Shown piece by piece: positions 23,694-36,845 of a stretch of 64,000 nt of DNA. Both the position numbers and the translations under genes were made by a program. This stretch comes from Guillardia theta CCMP2712. Its lineage: Eukaryota > Protista > Cryptophyta. The stretch covers positions 426,006 to 490,005 of the forward strand of contig NW_005434672.1 in NCBI RefSeq assembly GCF_000315625.1, given 5' to 3'. Numbering within the stretch: the first letter of the stretch is position 1; each line of letters opens with the position of its first letter. The notes beneath the pieces were generated by a model that was given only the letters and a program-made list of their open reading frames with translations, searched no databases and was not told where the DNA came from.

Positions 23694-26590
23694 CCCGAAG
23701 GTTATGTAACAACACTGGCTAGTAGCAAGTGCTCAAACTCGACAGAGAACATATGAACGCCGAGAAGACATCGAGCCGACAATTGATGATGTGCCGACTA
23801 TGTCCTCTACTGCCGTACAGCCTTCCCTCAAAGACCTCATGGACATGCTTCATATGCAGCAGTAAGAGGTTCGTCTCTAGCGCGCCGCAGCAACAGCTGG
23901 CCAAAACTCGGATCTGGGGAAGACGAAGAACTAGAATCAACTCAGTGATGCAAGCAGCATTGTGCACAGGATTCTCGCTGTGCACAGGAGAGGTATGATC
24001 GGGTAGGTCGTAGTTCAGTGAGTTGCAAACCGTTGAACAGGACAGCATGACTTAGTGAGGCCCTAATGTCTCAAATGCTGACATGTGCTCTTTCTCTTCC
24101 TCCTCTTCTATGTCTTATCCTCCCTTTCTTTCCTATTCTCCATCCTCTTGCCCCTGTCCCTCACCTTCTTTCCCCTGGCACCCCCATCCCCACCCCATCC
24201 GATCCACTCTCTTGTTCCACTCCAGCTTTCCCCTCTGGTCGGACGTTTTCTGCTCTTCCATCGGAGGCTCACTGCTTCTATCCTTGCTCTTCCCTGTTCT
24301 TTCTCCTCTCTCCTCTTCCTAGTTGTACCTGTCCTCTTCCTCTCCTCTCCAGCGGCATCGCCCAAGTTGACCCTGTGTCACTGTGAAGGAGTCAGACCAC
24401 CACGGGTGTCTGCTGTGAATGGAGGGGTGATATCATCATGATTTCCAAGGAAGAAGTACGGGTACATATCCAGTAAGCCACTAGGGGTGGGTGGGGTACC
24501 AGGTGCATTCCTTGCACAGGCGCACCTTTCATAGAAACAAGTCACAACAATGAACCGTGCCTGGCGAGATCGAGGAGGGGTCAAAAGAAAGGGTTGGAGG
24601 GGTTGGGGTCAGCAGCGATACCAGGTCGATTATAGAAGAGTGGTCGTGACATCCCCCAGGCTCTAAAATAGGTTTTATAGCCTTTTGATTTTACGGCCCC
24701 GGGTGTGGGGTGGGTGGGGTGAAATGCATGTTTTTGGCGTCCGCTCGAGGAGATGGGGTGGGGTGGATGGGGACACGACAAGGGCTGCAATCACCGCACT
24801 CCACCCCCTGATCATTCTTCTTTCCACCCACCCCCGTCAAAAATATTTGTCTACTTCCGTTTGTGGTTCGGGGCCCGTCTTCGAATCCTCCAAGGGGGGT
24901 GGGGTACCGACTACTTGACTTTTAAGGGTGGTAACACCGTACGTAAGCTTGCCGAGAGGGGGTACCCCTCGTACTATCCATGTGATCGGATGACCCGGGT
25001 GGGGGTGAGGACGGAGCTTGATCCCTCCGGCGCAGCTGGAGGAGATTGGTGAGAGAGAACGGGTACTTATCCTTGTTGATTTAGGGGTGCGCTCTAACTC
25101 AACCATCACAATGAAAGTCAACTCCGATGGGATGCATGCCAGGTGGACCCGTTAAGGAGACATTGGGGGACTGGGAGGGGGTAGGGTGTATCACACAAAG
25201 CCAGAAATGGACTCCATTCAAATGGTGGGGTAGTTTGATGGTCTCACGGGGGTACATACCGAAAAAAAAGCCACGACGAACCCCACAGAATGGGGAGTGG
25301 ATCGGGCATACCGAAGTAGCACCCCACCCCCTGTGTCACGACGGGTAAGCTTTGTCAATTGTAGGGAGCCTGCCCTGACGCCTTTCACTAGGGGTGGTTA
25401 TCAGCAGAAAGTAAAGGTAATCATACCGGTGGTAGGGGGTCGTGACATCCTCTTGTTACCAGTAGTAAACTTGAGCGTTGTCTGGTGACATAAAGGCGGA
25501 GGGGTAGATCACTTGATTCCATCAAGTACGGGTTCTTTTTAGCAAAATATTATGGGTCCTTGGTGCACTGGTTTGGTACAACCACGGCTGCTAGGGACAG
25601 AATGTGTTGCAAGGGTGGGGTGGATTCGGTTGGGATAGGAAAGTCAAATGGGGCTTTGGTGCCTTTGTATTGCCGTGAGGGTATGTTGATTTATCCTAGT
25701 ACATCACTTATAAAATATAGTAGGTAGGGTGTATACCAGCGTTGACCAGGGATTGCGTCCTGAGCAGGGGACTTTTTGCGAGCTGTCGAGAGTTGAGTTT
25801 AGGAGGAAGGGTGGGGGAAGTACTCAAGGACCCCACCCCTTCGATTCGGCGATTCCCGTGACAGAAATGCACCTAGTTGGTAGGGTGGGAGACCACATCG
25901 TGCAGGTACACGTCACGAATGGTTGGGTGGTAAAGATTTTCAAAATCAAGGGGTACAGTGCTGTGGAACGCAGGGGTGATCACAAGTTGAAATCAAAGAG
26001 TTCACTTCCATAGTAGGGTGGGGTAGGGGACCCAGGGTAGGGTGGCGTTAAAATTAACAACACACCAACACAACACTGTGCCGTCTGATTGCGCAAGATG
26101 ATGCAGGAGGAAGGTAAGAGCGCGTCCCCGCAACATGTACCCGCTAGCCCTCCTCCTCTTCCATGGTTGATGCTTGTTTTGGGATCACCGTGTCTGTATG
26201 CTTCCCTTCTTCTTCGTTGCTTCCTTCTTTCTTCCTTCCATTTCCGCTCTGTTGCCCAGCAAGCAGGCCCCGCCTGCGTTGCAGGGCAGTGACGTTGCTG
26301 TGAAGCGGATTGCAGGATGATAATGTGAAATTGATCCTTCTCCCGCATCTCTTGATAACCTCTGCGACATACTCTTTGCTGCGCTGTTTCCCTCATCGTG
26401 GAATGTCCATTGTTGTATATGAAGGCCGGTTGGCAAAAGCCCAAGTGTGTTTGAAATCAATACTTGAATGCACAAGAAGAAGGGCTGATTCTGTGGTTGT
26501 TTTGGAATTCTGCTGTTGGCTCACGGTTGTTTTACCGACATTTCACTTTTGCTCACACTTTGTGTTTTAACAGCTCGACGTCTCTTTCCG

Positions 26591-27781
26591 ATGAACAAGT
26601 ACGATCCTCTGCCTGTGCCGTGTGGCCTTGGAAACTTTCAACCTTCTCTGCAATACGCAACTCCAGTGGCTCAAAGGCCGTGCGTGCAGGACGATGCCGA
26701 AAATGTTAGTGAGACTGATTCGAACGAATCTGCATCGAATGATAACGGAAATGTGTCGAGACGTGCTAGAGTATGGACCACTGCAGAGCGCCTACAGCAC
26801 AGGAAAGCGTGTATGAACAAGAACAAGTTGACCCTCGGGGAGAAGATGGAAATAATCAAGCGGCACACTTCAACAAACCCTGCAATCTTCATGACCCAGG
26901 CCCAGCTCGCAACGATGTTTGGGAAGAGTAGGTCAGCAATATCAAAGATTCTCAAAGCTGAGAACGTCTCGAAATTGAAACAAATTTCGGATACGGGCGT
27001 TCACGCAGGAATTAAGCGATACTCTCCAGCCCAAAAGCACCTTGAGCTGGAAAAGCGCATCCATCAATACATTGTTGAAGCTGGCCTTGGCTTGGGATGC
27101 AGAGCTCAGATATGCAAATGTGCTGCTGAAGTAGCGACCGAAATGGGCATGACGGACTTCAAAGCAACTCACGGCTGGTACTCTCGTTTCATCAAGCGAC
27201 ATGGTCTTTCCAAGCCAAGCAAGGAGGGTCGTCTCAACATCGAATCAAGCAGTGTTGCCTCGACGCCTTTAGAGACCCTCGCTCACACTCACGTGATGCC
27301 CAACTCAGACGTTTTGCCACGGTCTTGTAACCCGGCAAAGAGTCGAGAGCTGAAGTTCAAAGTGTCTCTCACACAACCAGGCAAGCAAGCTGTGTTCAGG
27401 CGGCTGAAGTGGAACTTTGAGTTCGATCACTTTGGGAATCCTGTTCAAGGTTACGAGATGATCATGACTGGGCTGCGAAATGCCTATCGAGAAGAACTCC
27501 TCGGCGTTCCAACAAGTGCCTTGCAGCTCAGCTACGTCGACGAGGATGGAGACAACATTCTCATCTCCTCGGATTCAGAGTTAGGTATGCTCCTTCAGGA
27601 CAAGTCTCAGTCTGCGGGAATCCGTCTCTACCTACATGCACTTTCGTTGTTCGACCAGCCGCCTATCGTACCAGCTATTGCCAATCCGCAGCCTTCGCAT
27701 GCAGTTCCACCGTCGTTTCTGAACATGTATCTGCAAGGTTTCAAGCTACAACAGGAACGGCTTCTGGTTTCCAACACATAG
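26591..27781 (+). CDS. CENP-B/pogo-type double HTH DNA-binding protein fused to a PB1 domain
   Basis: KLTLGEKMEIIK...TQAQLATMFGKSRSAISKILK (CENP-B_N/psq). LELEKRI...FKATHGWYSRFIKRHGL (Tc5-type HTH). LKFKV...LQLSYVDEDGDNILISSDSEL (PB1, basic K plus OPCA motif). No DDE domain. Confidence 0.85.
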   Translation: MNKYDPLPVPCGLGNFQPSLQYATPVAQRPCVQDDAENVSETDSNESASNDNGNVSRRARVWTTAERLQHRKACMNKNKLTLGEKMEIIKRHTSTNPAIFMTQAQLATMFGKSRSAISKILKAENVSKLKQISDTGVHAGIKRYSPAQKHLELEKRIHQYIVEAGLGLGCRAQICKCAAEVATEMGMTDFKATHGWYSRFIKRHGLSKPSKEGRLNIESSSVASTPLETLAHTHVMPNSDVLPRSCNPAKSRELKFKVSLTQPGKQAVFRRLKWNFEFDHFGNPVQGYEMIMTGLRNAYREELLGVPTSALQLSYVDEDGDNILISSDSELGMLLQDKSQSAGIRLYLHALSLFDQPPIVPAIANPQPSHAVPPSFLNMYLQGFKLQQERLLVSNT

Positions 27782-28414
27782 TTTTTCACATGTATGCTCG
27801 TGTTTCAATGATGATTGAATTTCGACTGTGGCGGTGATAATGTACATTAAATAATTTCTTCAATTGAAGTTCACTGCGGTTGCTGACTGCTTCGGTCTTC
27901 TTTGCCTCTGAATGACATGTCACTGCTTTTCAAGTGTCATGTCTTCTTTCTCATCAGCTGCTTTCTTCTCTGCTCTGCTTCTCAAGTTGCAATCGATTTG
28001 ACCTAATTTGGAATGCCCCACTCCTACAAACCTTGCATTCCCTGCCACCGGTAGTACAAGAGTACCACCCTGCTAATGAAGGATGATTTTTCTACAAAGC
28101 ACCGGTACGTGAACTACCCCACCCGTCTAACTCAATAACAGTCCTCACGTCGAGTTGCGACACGTCGTGTAGGGAGGGGAGGAGAGCGCGAGCCGCAGAC
28201 AAGTCGGAGAAGGTCTTGATGTCGGTGTTTGGGCATGCACATCATGAAGGGTACTTGGCACTCCTCCCTCGTGATGGGATGAAGGTGACACGGAGCGTGT
28301 TGGACGACGATAGCTCGAGCGATTCATAGAATCTACCGCAAGGACAAACTCCCGTGGACGTCGAGCATGGTGGTGTGGGTGTAGCACGTCAAAGACGGGA
28401 GGGACAGGTTGGTC

Positions 28415-30516
28415 ATGGATCCTTTTCTCTCCGGAGAAGCACAGGATCGGAAGGCGAAGGTTGAGAGCATGTCGCACAAGATGACACTGGACGAAGCGTT
28501 CGCTGCCCTGGGTTGGGGACTTGACTGCTGGCCTAGCGAGCAGGACGTGAAGAGGCGGCACAGAGAGCTGATGCTGCAGTTTCATCCAGACAAGGCGCCG
28601 GAGGGCAAGCTGGAAGAATACACCCACAGGTCCATGAGGCTGAACCGTGCGAAAGAGATCATCCTCCGAGCGCAAGGGTTGGGGAACGAGGAGGAAGGGG
28701 AGCTCGACATTCACAAGCAGCCATCTTGTACCGAGAAGTATGCTCGTTGATCTCGCTCTCTATGAACCTATCTATCTCCCTCGCTCGCTCCCTTGCTCCC
28801 TTGCTCCTTCCCACCCTCCCTCCCACCCTCCTCTCTCTGACTCTCCCTACCTCCTTTACTCCCCTCCCATCCTCGGTACTGACGATGTTTCTTTGGACTT
28901 GTCTCCAACGTTTCGAATCTTCCCTCTTCCAGGACTGCTGGAAGCAAGATACCCTACGACAAGCTTCTGGAGCGCGAGCTTGCAAACTTCAAGAACAATT
29001 ACGTGCCCGGCAGGGCAGAAACCTTTGCAAAGTCAGAGCACGTCGACTCGAGTCGCTGGGCCAGAGAAGTTGGTCCGAGATCTGAGGAGAGAGGACCCCA
29101 GCAAGTAGCAAGCAGTTTGCAGCACATGGGAAACAGAAGCATGGAAGAGGAGGGTATCCCACACAACATCTCTGTCTATGGGTCTGAGCTTGTATCTTGA
29201 CAGGAAGCAGCCCAGTCAGCAAGATGGACTTGAGAGCGTCGGGGAATCAGAGTGAAACTACAGACTCGTTGTCGGAAAGCGATGAGAAGATTGCAAATTC
29301 TCCTCTCCCTGTCTTCTTTTCAGAGGAGGTCAAGAGCATCGAAGACGAGGTGCGGAACGAATCGGATGCAGTGGAGACGAGGAGGGGAGTAGGAGAGGAA
29401 CAGGAATTCCTGCAGCCTGCCGCATCGACTGGCAAGTCACATGCAGACACTGGTGGTCAAGGTGTCGATGGCCGCATCCCACTCTGCGCTTCTGATGTTG
29501 GAGCAGTGCCTGACGATGACAGCACTCCGCTAGGGAGGCTGTCCTCCCTCGATCATCTCGACCATCGCATGCTGCACGAGGAGCAGCAGGCGGCTCAGCC
29601 GTCGACATGCAGTGACGATGACGACGACGACTGCGTGTACGTGACCCCGAAGCAGGTGATAGGAGGTTCCTGGTCTCCTCCTCCTCCTGTTTGACGCAGA
29701 GCAGGTGGTCCCCTCGTGGGAGGTGCTGAGAGCGAATCTCAAGCTGCTGGCGGATGTGAAGGAGGGAGACAAGCTCGTCATCGCCGGCGACACCGTCCGC
29801 ATCGATTCAGCTGGGGTGAAGCTGGGGGAGGGAGTTTACGCACAGCTGATCCTTTCCTCAGATGTTCGGGAGCGTCACGCGGTGGCTCTCGTCGCAAGGA
29901 AGGACGCAGACGCTCGCATGGCTCTCAAGGTTTGCCAGCGACCTCTCGCGCTTCCAGTCGCTCTTACAAGCGGTGAAGTCTCCTGCTCTTGACCCCGCCC
30001 CTGCTTCTGCTCCTGCTCCTGCTTCAGCGCCTCCTCCTCCTCCTCCTCCTCCTCCTCCTCCTCCTCCTCCTCCTCACTTCGTCTTGTCCACCAGGGTGTG
30101 GGGGTCTCGACCGACAACTTTGCAGAGACCAAGTTCCACAGGTCGCAGTCTTCGCTCCCTCCCTCAGCCTCCGCCCTGATGCTCCCCCCCTCAGCAGGAC
30201 GCGCGATGAGGTAGTGAACGACCTTCGCAAGGAGCTCACTCCGTGTATCGACGGGCTGAAGAGACTGAGGAACACCTACAACGAGGACCGGCAATGCAAC
30301 CCTGACCTCCTCTCCTTCCCTGCTCCACTCCTCCACATATCCATTGCTCCACTCCTCCACTCCTCCCTTCCTCCTTTATTCTTCTTCTGCAGTCCTGCCG
30401 CTCGTTCTTCCTTCCTCCCGTGTTCTGACATTTGCGTCAGATGGGCTGTGCAGAGGCTCGACAAAGTGATCTCAGATCTGTCGCAGCTCCAGTCGTCTCT
30501 TCTGTCTGCTCGTTGA
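28415..30516 (+). CDS. DnaJ-domain protein with uncharacterised helical C-terminal domain (multi-exon)
   Basis: AFAALG...DVKRRHRELMLQFHPDK...RLNRAKEII (HPD intact), then an acidic linker. C-terminal exons NLKLLADVKEGDKL.../RWLSSQGRTQTL.../DGLKRLRNTYNED. Confidence 0.75.
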
Positions 30517-30579
30517 TACTGTCTCTCTCTCCTGCTCTTTCTACATCTTCGCCTCCCAGTCTCAGTGGCATGCATTTTC

Positions 30580-31080
30580 CGGCGTGGCCCGACGGCGCCG
30601 GCGGCGCAGACTCTGTGACGCCTGTGCCGCCGTCCGACCCGGCGGGGCCGCGGGCCGCGCCCGTCTAGTCGCAAGTTACCCGGCCCGCTCCGAACTTAAA
30701 GTTGACCACAGTTAAATCTCAGTGTGTGACCGTACCGCCGAGTTACTTGAACTAAGGGGCTGACCCGCCGGACTGAGCGTGTCAGCCCCTTAGGCCACTG
30801 ATCAGGCCCGGGCCGGCCATACACTGTCCGGGCCGATGCCAGGCGGCGCGGCGGCCCTGCCGTGATGGCCCCGGCCGCCGGCGGCCCGCCGTCGGCCCCC
30901 GGCCCGGGCCACGCCACTCAGCTCGCCCGGTTCCAGACCGTCACGGTACAAGCACGACCGTCGGGCCGATTTTCAGCCACATCGTTCGAATACTAGATAG
31001 CTTGGCGGCCCGGGCACAGTGCTCCCGGGCCGCCGGCACCCGTCGGAGGTCCGTCACCGCTCACCGTGACCCGGGGGCCT
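30580..31080. promoter_or_regulatory. GC/CpG-rich island upstream of RFC1 (representative of a recurring class)
   Basis: CCGG/CCCGGG-rich with GTGAC/GTCAC and ACTCAG motifs. Regulatory role inferred from position only. Confidence 0.4.
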
Positions 31081-31123
31081 TGGCCGCTGTTTTCTCTGAG
31101 GGGGGCTCAGATCTCTCAATTCA

Positions 31124-34100
31124 ATGGCCGCATTGCCAGTGTTGGTTCTGGCCATGGCCATGGCAGTTTCCTCCCCTTCGCCGCGGCCATGGGGGCGGGA
31201 AGGAGGAGAAGTGATTAGAGACGTGCGGGAGGCGTGCTGCTGGATGGTTAGGCTCAGGTACGAGATGCACCGTGCCAGAGGCGACATCGTCGCCATGAAT
31301 CAAGGTCCGATGATGAGGATCAAGGGTGGAGGGCGAGAAGGAGCATCGGGGAAGAGAGAAATGCAGGGAGAGGCAGAAGGCAGCAAAGCGAAGAAGGCAA
31401 AGACAGCTGGGGGCTTCTTCTACGTGAATCGCAAGCCTCCTCCTCACTATGGCACGAAACCCATCCCGACCGGGGACCCCGACTGTCTCAAAGGGATGCA
31501 GTTCGTGATATCGGGGGTGCTGGACTCGCTGGAGCGAGAGGAGGCTGCGCATCTGATCCAAGTGAGGAGGGGCTCTTTGCTGTCCTGCTCGCCTTCACAG
31601 TTGACATGCTGGCAGACTCATGGGGGGAAGGTCGTGTCGGCGGTCAGCGGGAAGGTCACCCATGCGCTAGTAGGGGAGGAGGCGGGAGAGACGAAGATGA
31701 AGAAAATCCGGGAGATGGGAACGTGAGAACAACGAGACATGCAGGATGAGGAATGAGATGGCATGCAGGATCAAGACTTTGACGGAAGACGAGCTCTTGA
31801 ACCTGATCAGCAGCTCTCGCAAAGGTACTTCGGCCAGCGTTCACCCCTTGAACTGAACCTGGGATGCTCTCCTGGAAGATGCAGGGACGGAGGATNNNNN
31901 NNNNNNNNNNNNNNNNNNNNNNNNNNNNNNNNNNNNNNNNNNNNNNNNNNNNNNNNNNNNNNNNNNNNNNNNNNNNNNNNNNNNNNNNNNNNNNNNNNNN
32001 NNNNNNNNNNNNNNNNNNNNNNNNNNNNNNNNNNNNNNNNNNNNNNNNNNNNNNNNNNNNNNNNNNNNNNNNNNNNNNNNNNNNNNNNNNNNNNNNNNNN
32101 NNNNNNNNNNNNNNNNNNNNNNNNNNNNNNNNNNNNNNNNNNNNNNNNNNNNNNNNNNNNNNNNNNNNNNNNNNNNNNNNNNNNNNNNNNNNNNNNNNNN
32201 NNNNNNNNNNNNNNNNNNNNNNNNNNNNNNNNNNNNNNNNNNNNNNNNNNNNNNNNNNNNNNNNNNNNNNNNNNNNNNNNNNNNNNNNNNNNNNNNNNNN
32301 NNNNNNNNNNNNNNNNNNNNNNNNNNNNNNNNNNNNNNNNNNNNNNNNNNNNNNNNNNNNNNNNNNNNNNNNNNNNNNNNNNNNNNAAAGTGGACCCCCA
32401 CCAAGGATTTTTCTATTTACTATAAGGAAAAATACCATCACGACTCCGCCGTCCAGCTGAAAGTGACAATCGTGCCAGGAGAAGAAGATGAACAATCCCA
32501 AGACTGTAAAAGTTGTGGTGGTGAAAAGATTTCTGAGCGGACATTCGGATGTCGTCGTAGAGGTTGTTCTTCTTTCTCGGATTAACTTTACAAACAAGAA
32601 TAACATCAGTATAGTGATCCTCTCCGTGATAAGGAGTGGAGGGAGGTGGGGGATGACCAAGGTGGTGGAACCTGATGGGAGGGGGCAAAGCGGGTCCTGT
32701 TTGTCCGAGCTGGTTTTAAGGTATTTTCCGAGGAGGAGGAGATGGAGGAGGAGGAAGAGGGTGGAGGAGGAGGAGATGGAGGAGGAGGAAGCGGGGAGCC
32801 TGGGAGATGAGATAGAGTGCAGGGCACACCAACCAGGTCAAGTTGATCACCAACTGGTTGAAGGGATTCCTCCCAGAGAGCAAGGGCTCGAACCAAGACG
32901 GGAAGCAGCAGAATATCATCCTCATGACAGGCCCTCCGGGTCTTGGAAAGACGACGATCGCCCACGTCCTGGCCAAGTGACCACAACTCCCCCTCGCCCC
33001 CGTCGCCTGCACTCTCGTCAGCCCTGACGCCTTGCTCGCAGTTTCCTTGGCTTCGAGATCGTCGAGATTAACGCCTCCGATGATCGCAGCGCAGACGTGA
33101 GAAGCTCCGCGTACTGCCCTCATCCCTCACCTGGTGAGCTCGCAGGAGATCGACCAGGTGCTGGGCGGGATGATGGGGAATCAGCCGATTACGAGTAAGT
33201 GATGGAGGGTCCAATCGATCCGACCTCCTCTCTCACGCGTGCCTGCCAAGATTTCTTCGCTCCTCGCGGGACTGCGGTGGTGAAGAAATCAAAGCCTCTC
33301 CTCCTGATCATGGACGAGGTGGGAGCGTCGAGGTCGCCAGGGAGCAGGAGGGTGACGGAAGGCGGCAGGTGGACGGAATGACGTCGGGGGAAAAGGGAGG
33401 AGTCCAGAAACTGATACAGCTGGCGACGTCGAAGGTGTTGCATGCTCCCTTGAAGAGAAATTTTCCTAACGGACGGTCAGCGTGACAGGCTCCCCATCAT
33501 CTGCATCTGCAACGATGAGCATGCCAAGTGCGTCCGCCCGCTCCTGTCAAGGCGAGTGAGGAGGATCGAACCTTGCTCGTCCTTATTGGGCCAGCAGGGC
33601 GCTGAGGATTCGCTTCTACCATCTCAAGGGGAGGGAGGTGCTCCCAAGGTTGAAAGGTGGGGCGGCGAGCGCTTGTTGGTGTTGGTGGTGGAGGAGGGGA
33701 TAGAGCAAGAGATGGTGGAGATCTTGCGGTGGCTGAGATGATGGAGATGATGCTGAGCTGACTGAATCCATTGAGATTGTCATGTTGAGGGCATTCCCGC
33801 TGATGTGTTGTTGTGAAGAGGTCTGCCGCCTTGAGCAATTCAAGAACGTCGAAGACTCAGCCCTCCTCACCATCGCCGAGGTCTCGCGCCCCATCCCCCC
33901 GCACACCCCCGACTGACATGTTTTGACCCTCCAAGATCGCCAATGGAGACTTGAGAACCATGATCAACATCCTGCAGCTGGCCAGGAGCAGCAGCGACGT
34001 CCTGACGCTGGAGATGGTAGACCCCAGCTGGATGGTAGACCCCAGCTGACAAGCCCACAGGTCCGGAAGAAGTACATGGAAATGGGCAAGACGCATGAGA

Positions 34101-36787
34101 GGTAATGGAGCGGGGAAAGGAAGGGAGATGGAGATGGGTAGGAAAGGGAAAGAGGTGCGAACGGGAGGGGAGGGAAGGGAAGAGGAGGTGGGAGGGGCAG
34201 GGCAGGGCAGGGCAGGGCTGGGCAGAGCAGGAGAGGGGAGGGATCTCAACGGCTGACGTGATGGCAGTCTGACGGTCTTCACGCTCGCGGACTCGTTCTT
34301 CAAGGTGTTGGGGATGTGGGGGAGAGGATGTGGAGGTTGATAAGCTTGCAGCTGGACATTCCGATCAAACAGAAGCTGCAGAACTTCTACCAAGAACCCT
34401 TCCTCCTTCCGGCGTTCGTGGAGGAGGAAAGCTGGAGGAGGAGGAGGAGGAGGAGGAGGAGGAGGAGGAGGAGGAGGAGGAGGAGGAGGAGAAGGAAGGG
34501 GAGGGGTGTGTGTGGAGGAGAAGAAATGCTGAAAGTAAGCTTCGCGGCAGAACATGGAGAGCTATCGATCGCCAAACAGGCCAAACGAAACGGCGCAGGT
34601 GAGTCCCTGCTGAGCTTCCCGGGCCGCCAGGAGGTGACGCGCCGCTCATCGCAGCAACTTGCCGTGGAGGAGGCGAAAAAATGCATCCGCCGAGGCAACT
34701 CAGACTGCTGCTTGCTCTGCGACCTGCGTCTGACGAGGAGGGGGGAGCAGGGAAGCAGATGTTGGAGTACCTGCAGAGGCACCCTTTGGAGCGCGGTAAC
34801 CTAGCAAGCAGCAGCCGCATGTCACGCTGACCTTCCTGGGAAGATCTGTGGATGTTTATCGGGCTGGAGACGTGCGTCTTCCCTGGATACTACCTGGAAG
34901 GAAAGCTGGAAGGTGCTGGCGGCATGCGCGGAGAAGGGAGGAGACGAGGCGGGGGAGCGGGAGGGACGGAGCTGACTCCCTGGGCCGTAGGAAGGATGCG
35001 GTTTCCTACCAAGTTTGCGAGGCAAAGGGCGTTCGAGCGGGACAAAAAGGTTCCTCCTCCTCGTTCTCAAACTGCTTCTGCTGCTTCTGCTGATGCTGAT
35101 GCTGATGCTGATGCTGCTGCTGCTGCCCCCCTCTTGCCACCCTCTTCCATATCCTCGTTCTCTCTGCCCTCCTCGTTCATTCTTCTCCTCCTGCTCCGCG
35201 TGTTTCAACTGCTGGGAGCTAACGGAGATGGACCAGCACCTGGAAGCGATGACCCACAGGCTTATGAAGGCGACTGGTGAGGGCGATGAGGACGAGGACG
35301 AGGACGAGGAGTGCTTGTGCTGATGGGATAGGATGAGAATTTGTTAGAGTGTCGAGCGATGTCTGTGTTGCAAGGAAGCGCGTGTAAGATGCAGGAGACC
35401 GCTCTCGCTTGCATTGAAAACCCTCGTCTCGTTCACGGCCCTCAGCTCGGCAACTGCTGACTCACTGCTTCCTCGCAGATGAAATGTTGTTCCCCTCAGA
35501 AGGTCTGGGCGCCCAACGAGGTCGGACAGCATGCCTCCCTTCTGACATTTGCCCCAGTCAGAAGGCATCGGATCCCGGAGCTTGCGGCATGGCTAGGACA
35601 TCCCATGGTTTGCCTCCTTCCACTCCTCCTCCTCCTCCTCCCACTCTTCCTCCTCCTCCCACTCCTCCTCCTCCTCCCACTCCTCCTCCTCCTCCCACTC
35701 CTCCTCCTCCCACTCCTCCTCCTCCTCCCACTCCTCCTCCTCCTCCCACTCCTCCTCCTCCTCCTCACTCTCCCACCTTTCCCGCTTTCTCCTCGCCTTC
35801 ATCCCCCTTGTCACCCTCCTGACCTCTTCACAGGAGATGGCGGGTACCAACCAAACCCTCATCAGCATTGTCGCTCCGTTTGTCGTTGACTCGATGGACG
35901 CGCACGGGCTGATACTCGGTGAGCGACTCTGACATCTGCCGCTCGTTTCTGTACTTTTCCTGCTGACAACAGTGCTCCTGCTCTTGAGTCTTGTCTGTGC
36001 TTCTCCTCCTCCTCCTCCTCCTCCTCCTCCTCCTCCTCCCTACACGCTTTCCCCTCTCTTCCTCTCCTTATTTCCGCCTGTCCTTTTGCCTGCTCCTTGT
36101 TCACCCTCCGCATCCTCAGCGCGAATCTGTTGGCTTTCTTGCTCACCGTCTTCTTCCCGTCAGAGGACCTCGAGTTCATCATGCGCATGGACGACCATCC
36201 TCCCAACTACAACAGGGTGCTGCATCCCCCTCCCGTTCTCCCTCCCCTCTCCCCTCACCCCTCTCCTCCCCCTTCCTTCCTCCCTCCGGTCCCCTCCCCT
36301 CCCTCCTCTCCTCCTCTCCTCTCCTCCCCTCCCCCTCCCCCTCCTCATCCCACCCTCCCCGTCCTCCTCTGCACTGAACTGCTGGGCAGTACCTCAACTT
36401 CTCCGCCCCAATGAAGAGCGCGGTGGAGCAGATCTACTACGAGAGGTGACTTGTCGTGGGTTTTGCATGTGCATGACAAGAGGACAGGCACGGCAAACCT
36501 GGGAAGGAGATCGTAAGGGTTGGAGGACAGAGAAAGCGCTCAAAGGTTTTCCCTCATCCCGTCTCCCCTCCCCGCTCATTTTTCATCCTGTTCGCTGCTT
36601 TCCCTTGTACTGCTCTTCTCGTTCATCATCTCCTCTCCTCTTCCGCTCTCCTCCCCTCTCCCTTCTGGTTCCCCCTCCTTCCTGTCTTCCTTTCCCCACA
36701 GGCCCCGTCATCCTTTGCCTCCTCTCCTCCTCTCCACATTCCTTTCCCCCCCACAGCAACTCCCACACCATCAGCATGACCTTCTCC

Positions 36788-36845
<58 letters not shown>

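Noticed and set aside
31656-32660. ORFs with long X runs
   Set aside because: Artefacts of the N gap 31896-32386; the same applies to the gaps at ~54174, ~55526 and ~61406.
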